DNA from: an uncultured Christensenella sp.
GTDB taxonomy: Bacteria; Bacillota; Clostridia; Christensenellales; UBA1242
Assembly: GCA_949293905.1 (NCBI GenBank)
Contig: CASFFG010000003.1
Coordinates: 13,494 to 77,493 of the forward strand
DNA: 64,000 nucleotides
Reading direction: 5' to 3'
Shown here in pieces: positions 58,473-64,000 of this stretch. How positions within the stretch are numbered: position 1 is the first letter of the stretch; every line of letters begins with the position of its first letter. The translations under genes and the position numbers were made by a program. Below the pieces are notes generated by a model. That model saw only the letters and a list, made by a program, of their open reading frames with translations, was not told the DNA's origin and ran no database searches.

Positions 58473-60056
58473 ATGAAAAAATCTAAAAGAATTCTCGCTA
58501 TAGGTGCAGCCATGGCTACAAGTGCAGGCGCACTATTTGGTTTAGGCGCTTGCGGAACTAACACTCAAAACACTGACCAAACCCCAAGTACAGATAATCA
58601 GCAAACGATTAACCCTAGCATCATCGAAAATATGCAGGACAAAATCGACGAATTAGAGCAATCAATTAAAGATAATCAATCTAAATTAGAGCAGTTAGAA
58701 GGCGAACTAGGGCAAGCAAATGATGACATTGATAATTTGCAAAATCAAATCAATGCTATCAATAATTTAATAAGTTCGCTAACCACTCTGTATAATGATA
58801 TTATTAATAAATATGCCGAAATAAGTGCGGACTTAAAATCTTTTAAAGATTTAACTGACCTAGATTTAGCCTCGCTAAAAAATACGGTAGCAAGTTACGA
58901 AACAACTCTTAAATCTTTACAAGAGCAACTTAACAATATCGGCGTAGTAAATGCGGACGAATTAAAGTCCCTTATCGAGAAAAATCAAAATTCAATAAAT
59001 GCATTGAAAGTTATGTCCTCAATCGCGTATACTTTGGACGACAATATCCACGGTAGTTTTGAATATACAATCGACGGAAACACGGGAAATTACGAAGCAT
59101 ACCAAACAAAAGACGGCGATTATTACATTTCGGGCGACTATAACGGAAGGAGTTTCGAAGGCGTAAACTATATCGGCTACTCACTTTATAAATTAGGCGA
59201 TAGAGAATATCTCGGCGGAGATGTTAAGACTTTGACCGAGTGGGCTAGCGAAGGCTTTGTTCAAGCGAACGACAAAATTACAGCCAATGGTAACACTTAT
59301 ACATGTGAAAGCACGGACGGAACAGCAAAATTTGTTGTCAATATCGGCGACGATTACGAAGTGAACTATATTAGTTACACGGACAGCAACGAGTCATTCC
59401 ACACCAATTATATTGAATCTATTGACGAATTTAATTGCGAAAAAATGGTGAAGATGGGACAACAAAGTTTTGATACTGTCACAAAAATTGACGCGGTTGT
59501 CGACGCAGTTAATAAAACTTTCGATAACAAATATATTATGTATGAGCAAACTAATGCAGATTCAACAACTGACGGAGGCACATTCGTCGCATCTAGAAAT
59601 CAAGTCGCATTAAAAGGACATTACGAAAATACTAATTTTGGCAACCAAGATATATACTATCTCGGCGGAACAAATTCGGGCTTTGACGACAATTCTATTT
59701 TAATTTACGATTATGACGGAGAAATTGTAGAGCAGGATATAGGTTCTACCACTATGCCTGCGGGAAAAGAGTGGTTGAAACAATCATATCTACTTACATT
59801 GCGTGAAGGAGCAACTGATATCGTAAGAGTAAATGATAATGAGTACGAAATTTGGTTCGGTGAAAATGACCACATTAAACTATTCTTAGATGAGGATGGA
59901 ACATTAGTTGAAACTCAATATAGGTCGGATATTGAAAATAATACTAATACAAATATGAAGTTTACTAAGATAACAAAAGCCGAGTTTGAAGCGTTCTATG
60001 AGGAAGTATCTTCATTCGTCTACGATTATAAATATGGCAAAGAATCTACATTATAA
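58473..60056 (+). CDS. Lipoprotein with an N-terminal coiled coil and a C-terminal globular domain
   Basis: Signal peptide with lipobox LFGLGA-C. There are about 150 aa of heptad-like sequence (IDELEQSIKDNQSKLEQLEGELGQANDDIDNLQNQINAIN). Confidence 0.8.
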   Translation: MKKSKRILAIGAAMATSAGALFGLGACGTNTQNTDQTPSTDNQQTINPSIIENMQDKIDELEQSIKDNQSKLEQLEGELGQANDDIDNLQNQINAINNLISSLTTLYNDIINKYAEISADLKSFKDLTDLDLASLKNTVASYETTLKSLQEQLNNIGVVNADELKSLIEKNQNSINALKVMSSIAYTLDDNIHGSFEYTIDGNTGNYEAYQTKDGDYYISGDYNGRSFEGVNYIGYSLYKLGDREYLGGDVKTLTEWASEGFVQANDKITANGNTYTCESTDGTAKFVVNIGDDYEVNYISYTDSNESFHTNYIESIDEFNCEKMVKMGQQSFDTVTKIDAVVDAVNKTFDNKYIMYEQTNADSTTDGGTFVASRNQVALKGHYENTNFGNQDIYYLGGTNSGFDDNSILIYDYDGEIVEQDIGSTTMPAGKEWLKQSYLLTLREGATDIVRVNDNEYEIWFGENDHIKLFLDEDGTLVETQYRSDIENNTNTNMKFTKITKAEFEAFYEEVSSFVYDYKYGKESTL

Positions 60057-60151
60057 AAATACTTAATAAAATACATCTCTACTTTTAAAATAAATTTATA
60101 ACTAATAATAAAACACTCGTTTCATTCGTATCTTTCTTACTTTATAAAAAG

Positions 60152-60177
60152 AAATCTCTCAATCGAGAGATTTTTTA
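60152..60177 (+). terminator. Rho-independent terminator
   Basis: aaatctctc (60152-60160) pairs with gagagattt (60165-60173), loop aatc, followed by a T-run. Confidence 0.8.
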
Positions 60178-60191
60178 ATATAAAATTTTAA

Positions 60192-60220
60192 TTTACAAAT
60201 TTTACAATATCTAATATAAT
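60192..60220 (+). promoter_or_regulatory. Sigma-A promoter placing the TSS on the start codon of the Smr gene
   Basis: TTTACA (60192-60197), 17 nt spacer, TATAAT (60215-60220), then 6 nt (attcac), then ATG at 60227. No SD. Confidence 0.6.
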
Positions 60221-60226
60221 ATTCAC

Positions 60227-60568
60227 ATGAAATTAATTACGATTGATATTAAGAGCGGTAGGCAGACGGTGGCGGAAGCAATCGCCCAGTTTTTAGTAGA
60301 ACTCGAAAGTTACAAAAAGGGCGGATTTAAGGTCATGAAAGTAATTCACGGATATGGCAGTCATGGAGTAGGCGGTGCTATTCGAAACGCTTTTTTAAAA
60401 CGCTGTACCGACCTAAAGCGTCGTGGAATGATAGAAGATTTCGTCTGTTGTGACCAGTGGACACCTAAGAATGTAGTTAGAAAAATTGCAATAAACTATT
60501 GCCCAGACCTGCTCGCCGACAACGACCTGTATATGCTGAACCCAGGTTGTAGCATTGTGATTATGTAA
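60227..60568 (+). CDS. Stand-alone Smr (small MutS-related) domain protein
   Basis: 113 aa. IDIKSGRQTVAEAIAQFLVELESYKKGGFKVMKVIHGYGSHGVGGAIRNAF fits the Smr pattern (LDLHG-like start, then HGxG). Confidence 0.65.
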   Translation: MKLITIDIKSGRQTVAEAIAQFLVELESYKKGGFKVMKVIHGYGSHGVGGAIRNAFLKRCTDLKRRGMIEDFVCCDQWTPKNVVRKIAINYCPDLLADNDLYMLNPGCSIVIM

Positions 60569-60712
60569 TTCGTTATATATCTAATGTAATTTATTATATG
60601 TGATCTAATGTGATTAAATAAAGTCATTTTAAAATAACAAAACTTGAAATACAAAATAAAAAATTAAATTTATCTATAACTAGATTTATTAAAAATAAAC
60701 AATACGCTAAAT

Positions 60713-60741
60713 TTGACAAAACCCTATTATTTTGATATAAT
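60713..60741 (+). promoter_or_regulatory. Sigma-A promoter placing the TSS on GTG 60748
   Basis: TTGACA (60713-60718), 17 nt spacer, TATAAT (60736-60741), then 6 nt (taatat), then GTG at 60748. Confidence 0.6.
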
Positions 60742-60747
60742 TAATAT

Positions 60748-61752
60748 GTGGATATAAAGTTTTGTGTTGACAAGCGAACGGAAGTTATGGAAGTTTTGCT
60801 CGTCATAAGTGATTATTTTAAAAAAATGCCTAGATTAAATGTGGGTTTTGACTTTGAATATAAGCGCGAAGTGGAAGAATTTTTCTCACCAGTTAAAACG
60901 CATAAAGCGGTAGAATTATTAAACGAAATTGTAGACAAATTGAATTTTAATTATGATGCGCCGATTGCACTCGCTTTGCAGTTAAATGAAGATTTTTCGT
61001 ATTCAAAATTGTTAGACTATCCTTTTAAAACTAGGCTTAAAAGTAACAAAATTGTACTAGAATTTTTAGATTCTATTCCTGATTTTGTAGAAAAATCTAA
61101 ATTTAATGAATTTTACTCCGCACATAAAGATCTATATTCAAAATGGATAGAAGATACAAAGAAAAATGTAGACCCCGAATACATAATAAAATTTTTGACC
61201 GAGTTTTTTAAAGAAGATTTTAATCGCGATTATGTAATAAACCTTATGCCACTGCAAACAAGAGCAAATTACGGAGTCAACAAGGGGAATACTTCCATTT
61301 GTAATCTAGGCTTAAAATCAAAATTGGTAGATGATAAAATTGAAATTGAATTTGCCAAAATTGAAGATAGAGGTGGACTAGTACAACATGAATTCTCACA
61401 TCCAATTATAAACCCTTTGACTGACAAATATTTCGACGCGGAGAAAATGCCCGCACTCCCTAGTGAAGTTTTTGAAAAGATAAAGAAAAGTGGTTATGGT
61501 AGCACTATTACATACATAAATGAGCAAATTATTCGTTGTATGACAATTCTTTACTACGATAAACTTGTCGGTGAAAAGTACGAAGAACCTAATATTAAAT
61601 ATGAAGAAAATTTAGGCTTTATCCATACTCGCCAAATTCTTGATGCTCTCAAAGAGTATGAAAAACAAGATTTGCCACTGTCAAAGTACTACCCACGCAT
61701 ACTGGAAACATTTTATAAACCGCTCGAAGTCGAAAATAACAGCGGAGTGTAA
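60748..61752 (+). CDS. Hypothetical protein with an HExxH motif (putative metallopeptidase-like)
   Basis: 334 aa ORF with HEFSH at GLVQHEFSHPIINPL. The start is uncertain: GTG 60748 (leaderless geometry) or ATG 60787. Confidence 0.55.
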   Translation: MDIKFCVDKRTEVMEVLLVISDYFKKMPRLNVGFDFEYKREVEEFFSPVKTHKAVELLNEIVDKLNFNYDAPIALALQLNEDFSYSKLLDYPFKTRLKSNKIVLEFLDSIPDFVEKSKFNEFYSAHKDLYSKWIEDTKKNVDPEYIIKFLTEFFKEDFNRDYVINLMPLQTRANYGVNKGNTSICNLGLKSKLVDDKIEIEFAKIEDRGGLVQHEFSHPIINPLTDKYFDAEKMPALPSEVFEKIKKSGYGSTITYINEQIIRCMTILYYDKLVGEKYEEPNIKYEENLGFIHTRQILDALKEYEKQDLPLSKYYPRILETFYKPLEVENNSGV

Positions 61753-61949
61753 TTGTTTTTTAATTTTAAAAATCAGTCATTATAATTAATAAAATCATGC
61801 CTGTATTTATTAAAAATTAATATTATATTTTAAGTTTATAATTACAAATTGCAAATATGTGCTAAATTTACATAAATTTTGAAAATTACACTTAAATCTG
61901 TTTTATTTTTAATTCAATTTGTGTCATAATATATGTAGGGAGAAATTTT

Positions 61950-63173
61950 ATGAGCGGAAATGAAAAAGTAAAGCGTAAATCGGGCGTTGGAGCATTTATC
62001 GGCGGAACATTTTTTGGGATAATTTTAGGGATAGGAGCGCTAGTAGGAATATGCGTGTTTGCATATTTTAATGTGTCTATTGATTGGGTAAATAGGACAT
62101 TTAACACAAGCATTGATGCTGGGAATGATGATATAAATAATTTGACACTGAATGTGGCGATTTCTCATGCTATTAATCTAGCACAAAACACAGACACATA
62201 TACACTAGATGATTTAAAGAGTGACTTTGGAATTGAAATACCTGATACGTTAATGGGGATTGATATATCTTCACTTAAATTTGTTCCATTGACCGAGATA
62301 GCAAATGAAGCACAATCATTAATCGCGAATATCAGCGCAGACGAACTCAAAAACACGATTGATTTAAGCGGAATGCAAAACATTTTAACTAAAACTAAAA
62401 CATATTATTACAATACGGCGGATAATACGTTGTATCCTAACGCTGATTTTAGTGGGGAAGCGCTAGACCCAGACTTGTATACATTAAATAGTGGCATAAT
62501 AACATTAAAAGGAAGAGAGTATCCGCTAGTCCAAAATGGTGATAATTTAACGATTAGTGTAGAACTAAACTATCTTCCACTTACTACCACAATAGCCATA
62601 TTCACTAACGAAATGGGGGATACACTAACATTTGGTGATTTGGCAGACTTTGGGATAGAACTACCAACCTATATCCTAAATGGGAATGAAACGAAAACGC
62701 TAAATCAAATGCAAGATGTTGTAAATAATTTGCGTGTCGCAACTATTTTAGGCTACACCTACGATGAAGTTAACGACACAGTCTATAATGGAACTCAAGT
62801 AGTTGATGGGGTGCTTGGCGCGTTAGGTAAGTATACAATCAGCGAACTAACCGATGAGAGTGCTATCAATTCGCTAACCCTAAAAGATTTATTCGGCGAA
62901 ACTAATGACGGAATATTATCGCTAATCGACGCAAACACCACAATTACTGAAATTCCCGATGCATTAAAAGGTGTAATTGATAATAGTACGATTGATGATT
63001 TACAATCGAACGGAATAATTACTATTCAAAATTACGATAATGTTAAGGATAAGACTTTCAATGTTGATGGCGAGAGTGTTATGTTCTCAAATCTAACATT
63101 ACAACAAATGATGACTATATTTGTAGATAATATTGAGATAATTGCGGAAGTAGTTGACAATACAAATAACTAA
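61950..63173 (+). CDS. N-terminally anchored extracytoplasmic protein
   Basis: 407 aa with an AGGGAG SD. TM GAFIGGTFFGIILGIGALVGICVFAYF, followed by an Asn/Thr/Asp-rich ectodomain. Confidence 0.7.
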   Translation: MSGNEKVKRKSGVGAFIGGTFFGIILGIGALVGICVFAYFNVSIDWVNRTFNTSIDAGNDDINNLTLNVAISHAINLAQNTDTYTLDDLKSDFGIEIPDTLMGIDISSLKFVPLTEIANEAQSLIANISADELKNTIDLSGMQNILTKTKTYYYNTADNTLYPNADFSGEALDPDLYTLNSGIITLKGREYPLVQNGDNLTISVELNYLPLTTTIAIFTNEMGDTLTFGDLADFGIELPTYILNGNETKTLNQMQDVVNNLRVATILGYTYDEVNDTVYNGTQVVDGVLGALGKYTISELTDESAINSLTLKDLFGETNDGILSLIDANTTITEIPDALKGVIDNSTIDDLQSNGIITIQNYDNVKDKTFNVDGESVMFSNLTLQQMMTIFVDNIEIIAEVVDNTNN

Positions 63174-63184
63174 GGAGAGAAAGA

Positions 63185-63207
63185 AAGAGCACATCGCTCT
63201 TTTTTTA
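63185..63207 (+). terminator. Rho-independent terminator
   Basis: aagagc (63185-63190) pairs with gctctt (63196-63201), followed by a T-run. Confidence 0.7.
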
Positions 63208-63425
63208 TGTATCATATTGTATCTTTAAATTTATTAAAAACCTAATCTAAAATTCCACTTGTCTCATAATTGAACAATATTAAGAAAAAATGTCACATCA
63301 AACGATTTTATAGAGAGAAAAAGCATAGTAATATTAGAAATCCTTGAAAATAAGCCAAGATTTTATGTCATTTCGACAAAATTCAAAAATTTTCTAAAAT
63401 TTTTTAAAAAATATTGAAAAAACTG

Positions 63426-63454
63426 TTGACATAAATTTCGGTATATGGTAATAT
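63426..63454 (+). promoter_or_regulatory. rRNA operon promoter P1
   Basis: TTGACA (63426-63431), 17 nt spacer, TAATAT (63449-63454). Preceded by an A/T-tract, UP-like block. Confidence 0.7.
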
Positions 63455-63543
63455 TCAAATGCTTGCGCAGAACAAACTAGTCAAAATTTATTTAAAATCT
63501 TAAAAAAATTTCTAAAAATTTTAAAAAAGTTTTAAAAAAAGTG

Positions 63544-63572
63544 TTGACAAAGGTTTGAATATGTGGTATATT
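63544..63572 (+). promoter_or_regulatory. rRNA operon promoter P2
   Basis: TTGACA (63544-63549), 17 nt spacer, TGg-TATATT (63564-63572). Preceded by a near-copy of the P1 upstream block. Confidence 0.7.
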
Positions 63573-63859
63573 AATACTGCACTTAGCGAGAGCAAGCGCC
63601 GAACTGTAATAGTTCGTAAGGACAATTTATATCTTAATATGTACAGGTAAGAATAAGTGAAGAACAAAGTTCTTGCCAATTCCAAGTTTTTTAGACAACG
63701 AAAAATAAGCCAAGCGATGAGCAAGGTATTTATAAATTTTGTTCGCAGTGTTCTATTAAAATGGGGTCCCCACAAAACGAAGTTTTGAAGGGGATAACAA
63801 AAAATAGAACATAGGTCGAAATTTAAAATTTTCAATTTTAAATGAGGAAAAGCGAATAT

Positions 63860-64000
63860 TTTTTGTAGAGTTTGATCCTGGCTCAGGACAAACGCTGGCG
63901 GCGTGCTTTAAACATGCAAGTCGAACGGAGGTTAAGTTTTCCACTAAGTATTCTCGATTACAAGAGTAAAGTATAGGGTACTTAGTGGAGAACTTACCCT
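63860..64000 (+). rRNA. rrs: 16S ribosomal RNA, 5' end (partial; continues beyond the window)
   Basis: AGAGTTTGATCCTGGCTCAG begins at 63867, followed by GACAAACGCTGGCGGCGTGCTTTAAACATGCAAGTCGAACGG. The exact mature 5' end is uncertain by about 10 nt. Confidence 0.95.

Noticed and set aside
63521-63944. Minus-strand ORFs 63521..63835 and 63756..63944.
   Set aside because: They overlap the rRNA promoter P2, the leader and the 16S 5' end, so they are not coding.

Overview
This is a visibly AT-rich, gene-dense chromosomal segment. It reads cleanly with the standard genetic code and looks like a low-GC Gram-positive-type (Bacillota-like) bacterium; I cannot name the species.

Housekeeping genes dominate:
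- rpoB-rpoC
- ppa
- a uvrB operon, pepF and uvrA
- groES-groEL
- valS behind a T-box leader
- rsmA
- sepF-lspA-rluD
- tig-clpP-clpX
- the 5' end of a 16S rRNA gene behind two tandem promoters

Near-consensus sigma-A promoters (TTGACA-17-TAnAAT, often with an extended TG) and hairpin-plus-T-run terminators can be read by eye for most transcription units.

Accessory content:
1. Three very large Thr/Asn/Ser/Tyr-rich envelope proteins of 1239, 1036 and 3603 aa. Together they take 17.6 kb, about 28% of the window. They are anchored by TM segments rather than LPXTG.
2. A 1.9 kb single-gene insertion bracketed by a 65 bp direct duplication of the uvrA 3' end.
3. A 64 aa Cys/Gly-rich microprotein with an internal duplication.
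4. Two translationally coupled paralogous unknown genes just upstream of rpoB.
5. A small island between rpoC and the first surface protein: an orphan 108 aa gene, then a HicB-like gene plus an unknown 175 aa gene.
6. A TSUP (TauE/SafE) transporter encoded as two half-size genes.
7. Several genes whose start codon sits exactly 6 nt after a -10 hexamer, making them candidate leaderless mRNAs.
8. An orphan promoter-terminator pair that may be a roughly 65 nt small RNA.

I saw no transposase, integrase, CRISPR array or tRNA gene, and no recognisable defence enzyme. All family assignments come from motifs I can read in the translations, not from searches.
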